Shown piece after piece: positions 20,194 to 30,251 of a stretch of 62,875 nt of DNA. This DNA comes from Candidatus Woesearchaeota archaeon (GTDB lineage: Archaea; Nanobdellota; Nanobdellia; Pacearchaeales; GW2011-AR1): assembly GCA_964547875.1 (NCBI GenBank), contig CAZJPE010000004.1, forward strand, positions 30,598 through 93,472, written 5' to 3'. The notes under the pieces were generated by a model. That model was given only the letters and a program-made list of their open reading frames with translations. It made no database searches and was not told where the DNA came from. Positions within the stretch are counted from its first letter, which is position 1. Every line of letters begins with the position of its first letter. The translations under genes and the position numbers were made by a program.

Positions 20194-21288
20194 TTATAAC
20201 AAATATCTGATTTCTCCCCCGCCAATGATTTTATCTTTGTCATGGAGAACTATGAACTGGCCTTCTGCAATTGCTTCAATAGGACGCGTAAATTTGAAAT
20301 AATAGCTCTTATTTTTCTTTATTAATTTTCCTTGATAAAGATTTCCTAGATGCCTGATTCTTGCTTTTAGGTTTTTTGAAATTTTCTCTTTTGGATTTAT
20401 TAAATGAACGGCTTTTATTTTTATTATTTGCCTTTTAAGGAGAGGATGGTTTTTTGGAGCTATAATCATTGTGTTCGGCTTCTTTTTTTCTGCCACATAC
20501 AACTTTTCATTAATCTTTTTTGTTATTTGAAATCCTAATCTTGAGCCCACTCTCTGGCCAATTGTGGAATACATTATCCCTGGATGATAGCCAATTATGT
20601 TGTTATTTATATCAAGGATTTTGCCTTTTTTGTTTTTTATTTTCTTTTCCAAGAATGATTTTATATTAACTTTTCCAACAAAACAGATTCCAGTTGTGCT
20701 TTTTTTGTTATAATTTGGGAGATTGTTTTTTTTTGCTATTTTTCTGACTTTTGTTTTTTTCATATTTCCCAGTGGGAATAACGTGCGGGAGAGGTCATTC
20801 TGTGCTAATTGCGAAAGAAAATAAGACTGGTCTTTCGCCTTGTCTTTTCCCTCATATAATTGAAAGCCAGACTTTGTTTTTTTGATTTTTGCATAATGAC
20901 CTGTTGCAATATAATTTATTTTTAATCTTTTAGCTTCTTTCCAGAGAAGAGGGAATTTTATTGTTTTATTGCATAATATGTCTGGATTTGGCGTTAGATT
21001 GTTTGAATATGACTTGAACATGTAATTTATGACCTGTTTTTTGAATTCTTTTTCTGAATCTAAAGTTATTAATGGAATGTCAAGAATTGCTGATATTTTT
21101 CTTGCCATTTTTTGGTCTTCTATGTAGGAACATTCGCCTGTGATAGGGTTTTTCGTATCTGAAAAGTTTTTCATGAACGCGCCTATTACATTATAACCTT
21201 GCTTTTTCAATAGGAGCGCGGCTACGCTTGAATCTACGCCGCCGGACATTGCTACGAGGATTGTTTTTTTCTTGTTTGAGACTGTCAT
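20194..21288 (-). CDS. mnmA: Bacterial-type tRNA 2-thiouridylase
   Basis: SGGVDS, TPNPDILCN, ATGHYA, KDQSYFL, GICFVG, TIGQR. Confidence 0.95.
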   Translation of the reverse strand: MTVSNKKKTILVAMSGGVDSSVAALLLKKQGYNVIGAFMKNFSDTKNPITGECSYIEDQKMARKISAILDIPLITLDSEKEFKKQVINYMFKSYSNNLTPNPDILCNKTIKFPLLWKEAKRLKINYIATGHYAKIKKTKSGFQLYEGKDKAKDQSYFLSQLAQNDLSRTLFPLGNMKKTKVRKIAKKNNLPNYNKKSTTGICFVGKVNIKSFLEKKIKNKKGKILDINNNIIGYHPGIMYSTIGQRVGSRLGFQITKKINEKLYVAEKKKPNTMIIAPKNHPLLKRQIIKIKAVHLINPKEKISKNLKARIRHLGNLYQGKLIKKNKSYYFKFTRPIEAIAEGQFIVLHDKDKIIGGGEIRYLL

Positions 21289-21338
21289 ATTTAATCGATT
21301 GATATAATATTTAAAAATGTTAAGATTATTTGATTTTT

Positions 21339-21755
21339 ATGAATGATAGAGACAAAACTCTTAATGTCATTAGTTTATTTGTCGCAATAGCTTCATTGCT
21401 TATTCCTGCAGTATTTTTTATTATCTCTGCAACCGATAAGATACAAATACAATCTCTCATTATTTTTGGTATAATGGTTGCTTCAATTATTATATTTTCA
21501 GTTATTTATTTTGTTTATCAAATATATAAAAGAGAGCTATATGATATTGAAATTAATAAAAAGGATATATTTGAGATAAGAAAGTCTTTAAACTCTAAGA
21601 AATTATTTGATGATATGGATGTTAGAATTAAAGTTTTAGAGAGATTAACAGAAAGAAAAAATAAGAGAGCACAAATAGATCCTAGGATTGTTTGGATTAT
21701 AGTTATGTTGATATTATTATATTTATTTCTTAAGTCTATAGGCATTTTGCCTTAA
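21339..21755 (+). CDS. Membrane protein with C-terminal KRAQ + hydrophobic segment
   Basis: Two N-terminal TM helices, coiled coil, then KNKRAQIDPRIVWIIVMLILLYLFL. Confidence 0.65.
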   Translation: MNDRDKTLNVISLFVAIASLLIPAVFFIISATDKIQIQSLIIFGIMVASIIIFSVIYFVYQIYKRELYDIEINKKDIFEIRKSLNSKKLFDDMDVRIKVLERLTERKNKRAQIDPRIVWIIVMLILLYLFLKSIGILP

Positions 21756-21827
21756 TTTTCAGAAATATTTATAAGTGTTTTGAATTTTATTTTGATAAAA
21801 ATAGCAGAGGGTTTAAAAAAGAATCAC

Positions 21828-22514
21828 TCAGGAATTTTCTCTTGTTGATGCTAGAATATATCCGATAAGAGCTGTGTTGATAGTTATTCCGAGTATAGCT
21901 TCAAGAGATGCAAATAAGCGGTAGATTCCTAAAGGGACTATGTCTCCATAGCCTACTGTAGTGAATGTCATTGAACTGAAATATAGAGCCTCGCGGAATT
22001 TTAATTCTTTTACTTTTTCTGCTTCTAAAAATGCGCCTGTTCCAGATGTATATGCTCCCGCAAACAAAAGAATTGTAAGAATTATTGTCGTTATGTAACT
22101 TATAATAAAATGCGTTATCTTTTTTGAAGTTATTCTTGCTTTTAGCCATATCATTACCCCTGCAGAATAAAAGAGCATGAAGATGAAAACTATTGTTAGG
22201 GCAGAGTTTATTCTGCCTTTTAGAATTATATACAATAAAAGGAAGATTATCATTACTGCCGTGATAGTGTAATCCTCCAGCACAGTACCTTTCTCTTTTA
22301 TTATGTGCCTAATTTTTACAACTATGAATGTTAAAGTCAAAATAGGTATTATGAAAACCAATATTCGTAAATCTTCCAATGAGGTTAGATAAATCAGGGA
22401 AAGAATCGCAATTATTATTGATAATATAATCTCAAATGGCGTTGATTTGCTATTCTCTCCATGACTATAACGAAATTCTTTATGCCTTAGCTTCCCAAGA
22501 ATTATGTCTCTCAT
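21828..22514 (-). CDS. Potassium channel family protein
   Basis: ALYFSSMTFTTVGYGDIVP selectivity filter. Confidence 0.92.
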   Translation of the reverse strand: MRDIILGKLRHKEFRYSHGENSKSTPFEIILSIIIAILSLIYLTSLEDLRILVFIIPILTLTFIVVKIRHIIKEKGTVLEDYTITAVMIIFLLLYIILKGRINSALTIVFIFMLFYSAGVMIWLKARITSKKITHFIISYITTIILTILLFAGAYTSGTGAFLEAEKVKELKFREALYFSSMTFTTVGYGDIVPLGIYRLFASLEAILGITINTALIGYILASTRENS

Positions 22515-22564
22515 TTAATGATTAATATGAAAATGTTTATAAGTGTTTTGTGTTTTGTTTTATT

Positions 22565-22774
22565 ATGAGTGAAAGAGTTGAAACTGGAGGATTGATGAGC
22601 TTTGATTATTCTGAGGCAGAGAGCTCTAAGATGAGCGATGAGCAGAAGAGAGATATTGTAGAGGCATATAAGAAATATTACGAGAGAAGGAAACGAGAAC
22701 GCAGAAAAAGATTTTTCATTATTGTTTTAATAATTGTTATTATTTCGGCTGGGTTGTTGGCTTGGATTCTTTAG
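22565..22774 (+). CDS. Small tail-anchored membrane protein
   Basis: Basic patch followed by C-terminal TM. Confidence 0.55.
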   Translation: MSERVETGGLMSFDYSEAESSKMSDEQKRDIVEAYKKYYERRKRERRKRFFIIVLIIVIISAGLLAWIL

Positions 22775-22779
22775 TGAAA

Positions 22780-22922
22780 CGTCCCTGAGAGGACTCGAAC
22801 CTCTGACCCCGTGGTTTCTATGAGGCCTACCGCAGTAAGACTGGCTTGTAACAGCCACGTGCTCTACCGAATGCTCCTTTCTTAACTCATTTAAGGTCTC
22901 GGAAAGTCTGAGCTACAGGGAC
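22780..22922 (-). tRNA. tRNA-Asn(GTT) with two introns: 37 nt at 15/16 (22907-22871) and 33 nt at 37/38 (22848-22816)
   Basis: Acceptor GTCCCTG/CAGGGAC, T arm AGAGG-TTCGAGT-CCTCT, anticodon stem CGTGG/CCACG; removing both introns gives a canonical 73-nt tRNA with G73. Confidence 0.9.
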
Positions 22923-22967
22923 TTAGAATTTTGAGATAAACGAGTTTTATAAAGATTTGGTTATTTA

Positions 22968-23456
22968 TTAAAATTTCCTATTTTTTCTTTTATTTAATCT
23001 TTCCAGATAGCGATAGGTGTTTGACTGCTTTGTTCCTTTTATAAGATTAGTTATTCCTGTTATCAATTCTTTTATTGATTCAGCATCTCCGATAATGCCC
23101 ATTTCATTGTCTTTAATTATAATGTTACATTCTGCTATGTTTTCTATTGTTCTTTTTGTTTTGCCCTCTTTGCCTATTATTCTGGCTCTAACTTCTTTTA
23201 GATTTTTTTTTCTCGTAAAATTCTTTATATTTAGTATGCGGAATATCTTAGATTCTTCTTTTAGAGCAAGAGCTTTTTTTGCCGAAAAGCCGAAATTAAT
23301 CGCGTCTAAGACAATGGAGGCTTCGTATTCCTCCAATGAATTTCCTCTGATTTCTACTTTCTTTGCTTTGATTTTTATTTTAATGTTTAGCTTTTTTTCC
23401 AGCTCGTTTTTTGCTCTTTTCAATTCTTTCAAGTTTTTGAAGATTATTGTCTGCAT
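22968..23456 (-). CDS. KH-domain rRNA processing protein (Pno1/Dim2-like)
   Basis: AINFGFS...RIIGKEGKTKRTIE...YRYLE. Confidence 0.9.
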   Translation of the reverse strand: MQTIIFKNLKELKRAKNELEKKLNIKIKIKAKKVEIRGNSLEEYEASIVLDAINFGFSAKKALALKEESKIFRILNIKNFTRKKNLKEVRARIIGKEGKTKRTIENIAECNIIIKDNEMGIIGDAESIKELITGITNLIKGTKQSNTYRYLERLNKRKNRKF

Positions 23457-23459
23457 TTT

Positions 23460-23756
23460 TTAGATTAGAATTAAAGTGAATGGAATGTTTTTTATTTTGT
23501 GAATTGATTGCTTTGTTATTAGTCCTGCTTCTATGGCAGCTTGGACTGACTTCTTGCCGACTATGTTGAATGTTGAATCTTCATTTGCCTGCCGTCTTAG
23601 CAGCTTAACTGCCTCTTCTTTTGTTATTTCTTTATCTTTGTAGAAATTCTCTCTTACATCCAACTGCTTTTTTCCTTCTTCGAATTTTTTTCCTATTAAG
23701 TCTGCGTCGCATAGCGCGACAACATTTCTGTATGACCTATGGATTTTTATATACAT
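23460..23756 (-). CDS. DUF424 family protein
   Basis: VVALCDADLIGKKF...FNIVGKKSV; adjacent to aIF2-beta. Confidence 0.88.
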   Translation of the reverse strand: MYIKIHRSYRNVVALCDADLIGKKFEEGKKQLDVRENFYKDKEITKEEAVKLLRRQANEDSTFNIVGKKSVQAAIEAGLITKQSIHKIKNIPFTLILI

Positions 23757-23858
23757 CTTAAAATTTACTGTCTAATTTTTTTATTAGATATTATTTTATA
23801 TATTAGTTTATAATATATTTTCATGAGCAATATTGACATTCTTCCTATTTAGATTTTA

Positions 23859-24269
23859 TTAAATTGCGTATTTTGTCGGGGATTTAGCGCCACATGCAAG
23901 GCAGTGCTTGAATTTTATGCCCTTTTCTGATATTATCTCTGTATCAGGCTTTCTGCATTCGTTGCATATGACAAAGTATTTTGCATATAGTTCTATTTTT
24001 TCATTGACTTTTGCTGAATTTAATTTTGTGTTTAATATTAGACGATCATTTTCAAGTTTTCCTGATACTGCCAATTCTTTTTGAAGGAATTTTATCAGAT
24101 GCTTGATAGGGCGCATTAGATATGAGGCAATTGCAGTGATATTTACGATTATTGTGTTTTTTCCTGCGACGAGGCCTTCTACTTTTGGAATTTCAAATCT
24201 TTCCGAATTGTGACTAACAATCTTTAATTTAAGGTATGCTTTTTTCAGCATTTCATCGTAATTTTCCAT
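23859..24269 (-). CDS. eif2b: Translation initiation factor aIF2 beta
   Basis: ERFEIP, FLQKEL, CNECRKPDT, CLACGA. Confidence 0.95.
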   Translation of the reverse strand: MENYDEMLKKAYLKLKIVSHNSERFEIPKVEGLVAGKNTIIVNITAIASYLMRPIKHLIKFLQKELAVSGKLENDRLILNTKLNSAKVNEKIELYAKYFVICNECRKPDTEIISEKGIKFKHCLACGAKSPTKYAI

Positions 24270-24309
24270 TTTTATATTGGGTTTGAAGTCTTTTTAAAGA
24301 TGATGGAGG

Positions 24310-24737
24310 CTAAAGTTTTATTCCGGTTATATAATATAAAATAGCTTGAGCCTCTTCCTTAAATAGGTAAGGGATAATCCTGAATTCTTTATTACAATGT
24401 CCTTTATAAATATGGTATAATTCATGTCTTACCTTAGTTTTATTGGCGTTAAGTTCACCCATAACTATTTCATATTTATTGTTCCATTTCCATACATATG
24501 CGTAATTTCTAGAATGCTTTAATGTGCTTTTAATATCATCTTGAATACATAATTTTTGTGCCCCATCTCTAATAATTTGATCTAATTCTTCTTGCGTTTT
24601 TATTTTTTAGAAAATTTATCTGCTAAACTATTTATAATGGACAGACTTAAATTCCATCCCAATGCAGAAAGGCACAAAGAGGATGCCACTATTCCAGCTA
24701 ATGTTAACTTCTGCACTAAATCAAATTCATTATCCAT
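24310..24737 (-). pseudogene. Membrane-anchored HExxH metalloprotease-like gene broken by a frameshift near 24605
   Basis: MDNEF...TM...FSKK* then, in the -1 frame, IKTQEELD...VRHELYHIYKGH...EAQAILYYITGIKL*; absent from ORF track. Confidence 0.7.
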
Positions 24738-24840
24738 ATTTTTTATAAGAATGTGCTTTTTTAAATGTTTGTTGATTTTAAGGCTAAATTTATCTGAAGT
24801 TAAAGAAGAATTTATAAACCTACTTATTTTTATTGTTTTT

Positions 24841-25434
24841 ATGTTCAGCGTAAAGAATCTAATATTAGGGATTGGAATATTTATTGTTTACATGCTTATG
24901 CTTGGATATGGGATTGAGGCGTTTTATCCATCTCCTAAATATGACGATTTTTGTAAGGCAGAGGGAGGAAGATATCCTATAAAAGCGTATGATTATGGGA
25001 CAGGAGCAAATTGCACTTTCTCAAGAAATTTGCAGGAAGCTCAGGAGCAGTGTTATGCAGATGGCGGACAGCCAATTTTTGAATATGACGACAATGGCTG
25101 TACTATTGCTATAGAGAAATGCGATTTCTGCAACAAAGAGTTTAATGACGCAAATAAGAAATATTCAAAAATAATTTTTGTTATATCTTTGATTGCTGGT
25201 ATTATCACTCTTTTTCTTGGCTTCGCTATTTTGAGCATTGAGCCTGTTGGAAGCGCTTTAATGGCTTCTGGAGTTGGAGCAATAATTTACGGGAGCATCA
25301 GAAACTGGCAGAATTTGAGCGATGTGTGGAGATTCCTGCTTTTGCTTGCTGCGCTTGTTTTGCTGATTTGGATTGCTCTGAGATTAAACAGGAAGAAAGA
25401 GGGTTTTTGGCAGAAATTGGGCATTAAGAAATAA
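24841..25434 (+). CDS. Multi-TM membrane protein with Cys-rich extracellular loop
   Basis: True start probably ATG 24841; FYPSPKYDDFC...CDFC then three TMs. Confidence 0.75.
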   Translation: MFSVKNLILGIGIFIVYMLMLGYGIEAFYPSPKYDDFCKAEGGRYPIKAYDYGTGANCTFSRNLQEAQEQCYADGGQPIFEYDDNGCTIAIEKCDFCNKEFNDANKKYSKIIFVISLIAGIITLFLGFAILSIEPVGSALMASGVGAIIYGSIRNWQNLSDVWRFLLLLAALVLLIWIALRLNRKKEGFWQKLGIKK

Positions 25435-25472
25435 TTTAGAAATTATTATATATAACTGCTCTTATTATTTTT

Positions 25473-26077
25473 ATGGATAGAAAAGACATCACAAGGAAAT
25501 TTTATGATGAGCACGTAAGTGAATTTGAAGACAGAACTAAGAATTATCTTAAGGAACATATTTTAGATGACGCTCTTTTATTTATTAAAAGTTTGAAAGG
25601 GAAAGATATTTTAGATATAGGCTGCGGCGCTGGAAGAGATGCTTTATTTTTTAAAGAGCAAGGATTGAAACCTTTGTGCGTTGACATTTCTCCCGTAATT
25701 ATAGAATTGTGCAAGAAGAGAGGACTTGAGGCTTTTGTTATGGATGTGGAAGACTTGGAATTTAAAGACGCTTTTGATGGCATTTGGGCTTATACTTCGC
25801 TTTTGCACATGCCTAAAAATAATTTTTTAGCTGTTTTAGACAAAATAAAGGATTTGCTTAAAGCCAGAGGTATTTTTTATTTAGGAATGAAAGAAGGCGA
25901 TTTTGAGGGATGGATTGAAGATGAAAGATATGGGCCGCTAGAAGATTTTACTCTTTGTATAAAGATGAAGAGCTCTGTAATATTTTAGATAAAAGATTTG
26001 TCGTTATTCATGCATCTAAGGTTAATTTAGAAAAGCACGTTTATTTGAATTATTTATGCAGAAATAAATTATCCTAG
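25473..26077 (+). pseudogene. Class I SAM methyltransferase with a frameshift near 25933
   Basis: ILDIGCGAGRD, FDGIWAYTSLLH; the -1 frame continues RRFYSLYKDEEL...YLNYLCRNKLS*. Confidence 0.8.
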
Positions 26078-26695
26078 ATATCTTAATTTTCCCGGGCGGG
26101 GCTCGTAGACAAGCCCGTCTTCCAAGAGCTTTTTAATTTCTTGATTTATTATTGAGGAATTTTCCTTTAACTCCAAAATAATTTTTTCAGTATCTATGCC
26201 GTCGTCTTTTTCTGCTTCCTTAACCATGTAGACAATTTTGTCTTTAAGCTCTATTAATTTTTCTTTTTCCATGGACTTTGGCTCTTCTGCCTCGAGCTCC
26301 AGCTTTCTTATTAAGAGAAATGCGGGATCTTTCTTTTTTATTATTTCTGGCGCGATGTAAACTTCGTTGTTCCAATAGCGGATAAGGCCTATGACTTGAA
26401 TTGTGTCTCCTTGACTTAATGGCGAGAATTTTGATATTTCATCTCCAAATGCCTTTAGCCTTATTTGGCCTGTTGCATCATCTAATGTTACAGATGCGTA
26501 TTTTTTTTCTCCTTCTTGAACAAATTTGTCTATTACATTGGCTATTACATTTGTTCTTATTATTGTTTTGTTGTCTATCTCGAGGAATCTAAGCTTGTCG
26601 TTTTCAAGGATTGGCTTTCCTGAGAGTATTTTCCCGATCCTGAATTTATAAGCGATATGCCTCTTGAATTGCTCTGTTGCTGTTGACGTGTTCAT
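26069..26695 (-). CDS. RPA32-like OB-fold + winged-helix ssDNA-binding protein
   Basis: TLDDATGQIRLKAF, C-terminal GLVYEPRPG; follows mcm. Confidence 0.88.
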   Translation of the reverse strand: MNTSTATEQFKRHIAYKFRIGKILSGKPILENDKLRFLEIDNKTIIRTNVIANVIDKFVQEGEKKYASVTLDDATGQIRLKAFGDEISKFSPLSQGDTIQVIGLIRYWNNEVYIAPEIIKKKDPAFLLIRKLELEAEEPKSMEKEKLIELKDKIVYMVKEAEKDDGIDTEKIILELKENSSIINQEIKKLLEDGLVYEPRPGKLRYLG

Positions 26696-26696
26696 T

Positions 26697-29600
26697 TTAT
26701 ATTTTTTGTATGTAGCCTTTTTTTGGTTTGAATATGTCTCCTACTTTTGATAATTGCTCTAATGCTTCTTCTAATTCTGCTTTTGAGATTTTATCTATTA
26801 AAAGCTTTTCTAATTCTTCTATTGGAATAAGCTTGCCTAGACGCGATTCCAGCTGTAGGATTGTTTCTTTAACAGCAAGGATTTTCCCACGCTTTGAAGA
26901 GGTTATGCCTGTTGTTATTCTGTCGATGTCAAACGTCTTGGTTTCCTCGTCATAGCCTACTTGCGAGAGCGAAGTTTTTAATAGTTCTATTGCTTTTTTT
27001 GCATCTTTAGGCGTTACTTCTTTTCTAAGATGGATTTTTGCGTGTGCCTCTGCCAGTCTCACTATTCCTTCTAATTGACGAGCAGTTATAGGAATTGGCT
27101 TTATATCAGATTCGGTTTTAACAGACTGATTTCTAAGCCTAACATAAAAGTTTTTTATTTCTTCGATTGCTTCATCTGTCAGTTTTGGCTTTACTTTTTG
27201 TTTTGCGTAGGCAATATACTTTCTAAATAGTTTTTGTTCTATTATGTTTCTGATAACCTCTTGTTTGTGCTCTTCGAGAACATGAGTGGCTATTGCTTCA
27301 TCTATTGATTTGTTAGGGATATCTCGGATTATGAATATAACATCAAACCTGCTCAATAAAGCCGGAGAGATATCAATTTGCTGGGGAATCGGTGTGTAGG
27401 GGTCGAATCTTCCGAGCTTTGGGTTGCCTGCCGCGAGAACAGTTGTTTCTGCTCTTAGAGAAGCCTGGATGTTTGCCTTGGAGATTGTAACAGAATTATG
27501 AAGCACCATGTTATTTGATATGAAGCTATGCGTTGGTTTGATGGTAATATCATAAACCCATTTATCATTATTTGCTATTGTTTCAACTGACTTTATCTTT
27601 GACCATCTAATTTTCCCAAAGGCCAGTTTTTTTAATTCCCTTAATTCTGTCAAAATAGCCAGCATGTTTTCTATTTCTAAATAAATAATTTCTTTGTATT
27701 TTTTGTTTTGAACTCCTTTTTTTTCATGTTGTGACAGCACATAATCTGTGATTTTTAGTTTATTTGAGATATTAAGCACGGATAATTCCAGATATTCTCT
27801 AATTTGACCTAATACTTTAGAGTTGTCTGAATTTTTTATTTTTTCTTTCGCTTGCAATAACCTATCAATTTTTTCTTCAGCTATGTTTATCATTTTTTGT
27901 AAAAATACTCTATGCTTATTACAATTCAAACAAATTTGATTTTTAAGATATTTTTGTTGATTTATTTTTAATGTTTTGAATATCTCCCTTATTTTATTTG
28001 TTACATTTGGGACTATATCAGAAATTGAGCGATATGTTTTTTGTTTTTTAAGGTATTCCTCAAGTCTTTTTTGTTTCTTTTTTGAAAGAAAACCTATATT
28101 TTGATAAAACTTTAAAATGTTTGCCTGTCCCGAAATATCCACCCTATAGAACTCTTTATCAATATATATTGAAGATAGAATACCAAATCTTAATAATAAT
28201 TCAGTTACCTGCTCTGCTAATCTGGCATTTTCAGATATTAGGCCTATTCTGCATCCGTTTCTTTTTACATTTACAACCGTTCCGTCACCATCAAACAACG
28301 CTCTTAATAAAAATGTTAAATCTTCATTTTTGCATTTCATGATTTCTCCAGGAATTGCTTTCAATGTGCCTTTTTCCATTAGATTCCCGTCTAGAGACTT
28401 CATAAAATCTGCAATATCTTTTGAGATTACCCTTACTGCATATTTATCATTGCTATATGTAATTAGAGGTTTTTTGTTAAAAATAGAGTCTATAGCATTG
28501 GCGTAATCTTCAATTAAATCTTTATTTTTATTTGAGAATTGAATACCATTCTTTTTCCCCCTATTTAATTCGTAGCATCCATCACTTATATGATAACCAA
28601 GTAATTTGCATAATTGTGGACCATTTTCCCATGGTTTTTTATTGAAAGTCTGCTTCTCTCCTTCTATTGGTAGTTCCCCTGGTATAGGAAAAAATTCATT
28701 TATTCTTAGCATTGCCGCAGGAATAGTGGTAATTCTTCCTTCTTTTATTGCCCAACAGGGATGCTCTGGCGTTACTATTATGCTTCTTCCATTATTAAGA
28801 GTTATTTTAACAAGATTTTTAGGTGCAAGATGCCTACTTATTTTGTTTATTTTAACTGGATAAATTGATTCGAAATCAGTTGTCAGAATTTTTATATCCT
28901 GATTCAATGGCAAGATTTCACAATTTATTCCCTGCTGCGTTCTTTCTTTGTTTTTTTCCATTATAGAGTCCACAAACTTTCCTACTTTTTCTTTTGAGCC
29001 GTCTGTAAAGGTTAGTTCCAAATCTTTATGATAACATTGCTGCTCCATTGCTTCGTGCATTGTGCTCCTATCATGCTCATTCATTTTTTCTATTTCGTCT
29101 ATCGCAACTAATCCTTTGTTTGAAAGCACCATTGCTCCTGCTTCTAAGGACCATCCCCTTAAGAATTCGTCTTTCACTACTGCCGCTGTCATGCCTGCTG
29201 CTGTCGCTGCTTTTCCTGATACATAACGCCCCTTTGGAGCTATGCTTGCGATAAATTTTAGCATTACGGATTTTGCGACGCCAGGATCGCCCACTAATAA
29301 AATATGTATATCTCCTCTTGTAGAGCCGCCATCTGATTTTGTTTTTTTAACTCCGCCGAATAATTGCAATAGTATTGCCTCTTTTATCTGAACAAATCCG
29401 TAGATGCTTGGCGCAATGCTTTGCGCCAATCGCTTGAATATATTTGGATCAGCGGCCAGTTCCAAAATTTCTTTTATATCTTCGTCTCTAATTTTAAGAT
29501 TCTCAAATGATTCTTCTAACGCTATTGTATTATTTACTTCCAATGCTATGTCAAAACGGGTTGAGATTCCTGCGGGCAAAGGAACAGGAACTTCTTTTAA

Positions 29601-30251
29601 TATTCCATTAATTCTTACTCTGCTTCCGGGGGTGATCCATTCCTCCATTTTCGGATCAACTAAGTCTTCTTTTAGAAACGAGTTTATTCTTCTTGGTTGT
29701 TCTCCGCCTTCTAATGTATCAGGAGATTCTTCAATAACAATGCGCTGTACATCAACCATTTCTTTTGAGAGTATTTTAAAATTGCCTTTCCAATTGCAGG
29801 AGCATCTTGAGGGCTCTCTGAATTTTCTGTCAACTTGCAAGACTGAAAGAATTGCGCCGCAGCTCGGACATTCAAAGCGAGCATTCACAACTTGGGGCCT
29901 AACTTCTGATGCCTGCTTGACTATACCCTCTACGCTTAATAGCTGATCAAGATGTTTTGCTCTAATATCTCGGATTTTTATGTTTAGTGTCTGTGGGACT
30001 TCTAATAATCTTATTCGCGGATTTTTTATGAATTCTGATTCTTCCAAGGCATTTTCTAATAATGCGAGCGTTTCCTCTGGTTTGTCTATTATGTTATCAG
30101 CAAGTCTTGGCGAGAATTTTGATAATTTTGGAAATGGCAACTGAATTACCCGCTCGCCTTTTCTTGCAGATTCAATTATTTCCTCTTTTCTCGCATTGAA
30201 AAAACTTTTTGCTTCCAGGGACAATTCTTCATATTCTCTCTTTTTTTCCAT
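26697..30251 (-). CDS. mcm: MCM replicative helicase precursor containing one intein
   Basis: Zn finger, GDPGVAKS, IDEIEKM, SRFD, ITARQLE. Confidence 0.97.
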   Translation of the reverse strand: MEKKREYEELSLEAKSFFNARKEEIIESARKGERVIQLPFPKLSKFSPRLADNIIDKPEETLALLENALEESEFIKNPRIRLLEVPQTLNIKIRDIRAKHLDQLLSVEGIVKQASEVRPQVVNARFECPSCGAILSVLQVDRKFREPSRCSCNWKGNFKILSKEMVDVQRIVIEESPDTLEGGEQPRRINSFLKEDLVDPKMEEWITPGSRVRINGILKEVPVPLPAGISTRFDIALEVNNTIALEESFENLKIRDEDIKEILELAADPNIFKRLAQSIAPSIYGFVQIKEAILLQLFGGVKKTKSDGGSTRGDIHILLVGDPGVAKSVMLKFIASIAPKGRYVSGKAATAAGMTAAVVKDEFLRGWSLEAGAMVLSNKGLVAIDEIEKMNEHDRSTMHEAMEQQCYHKDLELTFTDGSKEKVGKFVDSIMEKNKERTQQGINCEILPLNQDIKILTTDFESIYPVKINKISRHLAPKNLVKITLNNGRSIIVTPEHPCWAIKEGRITTIPAAMLRINEFFPIPGELPIEGEKQTFNKKPWENGPQLCKLLGYHISDGCYELNRGKKNGIQFSNKNKDLIEDYANAIDSIFNKKPLITYSNDKYAVRVISKDIADFMKSLDGNLMEKGTLKAIPGEIMKCKNEDLTFLLRALFDGDGTVVNVKRNGCRIGLISENARLAEQVTELLLRFGILSSIYIDKEFYRVDISGQANILKFYQNIGFLSKKKQKRLEEYLKKQKTYRSISDIVPNVTNKIREIFKTLKINQQKYLKNQICLNCNKHRVFLQKMINIAEEKIDRLLQAKEKIKNSDNSKVLGQIREYLELSVLNISNKLKITDYVLSQHEKKGVQNKKYKEIIYLEIENMLAILTELRELKKLAFGKIRWSKIKSVETIANNDKWVYDITIKPTHSFISNNMVLHNSVTISKANIQASLRAETTVLAAGNPKLGRFDPYTPIPQQIDISPALLSRFDVIFIIRDIPNKSIDEAIATHVLEEHKQEVIRNIIEQKLFRKYIAYAKQKVKPKLTDEAIEEIKNFYVRLRNQSVKTESDIKPIPITARQLEGIVRLAEAHAKIHLRKEVTPKDAKKAIELLKTSLSQVGYDEETKTFDIDRITTGITSSKRGKILAVKETILQLESRLGKLIPIEELEKLLIDKISKAELEEALEQLSKVGDIFKPKKGYIQKI
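27495..29036 (-). mobile_element. 514-aa intein with LAGLIDADG homing endonuclease
   Basis: AMEQQ|CYHKD...TPEHP...LLGYHISDG...LRALFDGDG...WVYDITI...VLHN|SVTISKA. Confidence 0.95.

Noticed and set aside
24592-24840. N-terminal extension of the 280-aa ORF
   Set aside because: Antisense to the frameshifted HExxH gene; a TATA lies just before ATG 24841
29404-29946. 180-aa plus-strand ORF and the many similar antisense ORFs in the track
   Set aside because: Shadow frames of well-supported genes (mcm, cdc48, gatA, ftsZ and others) with no motifs
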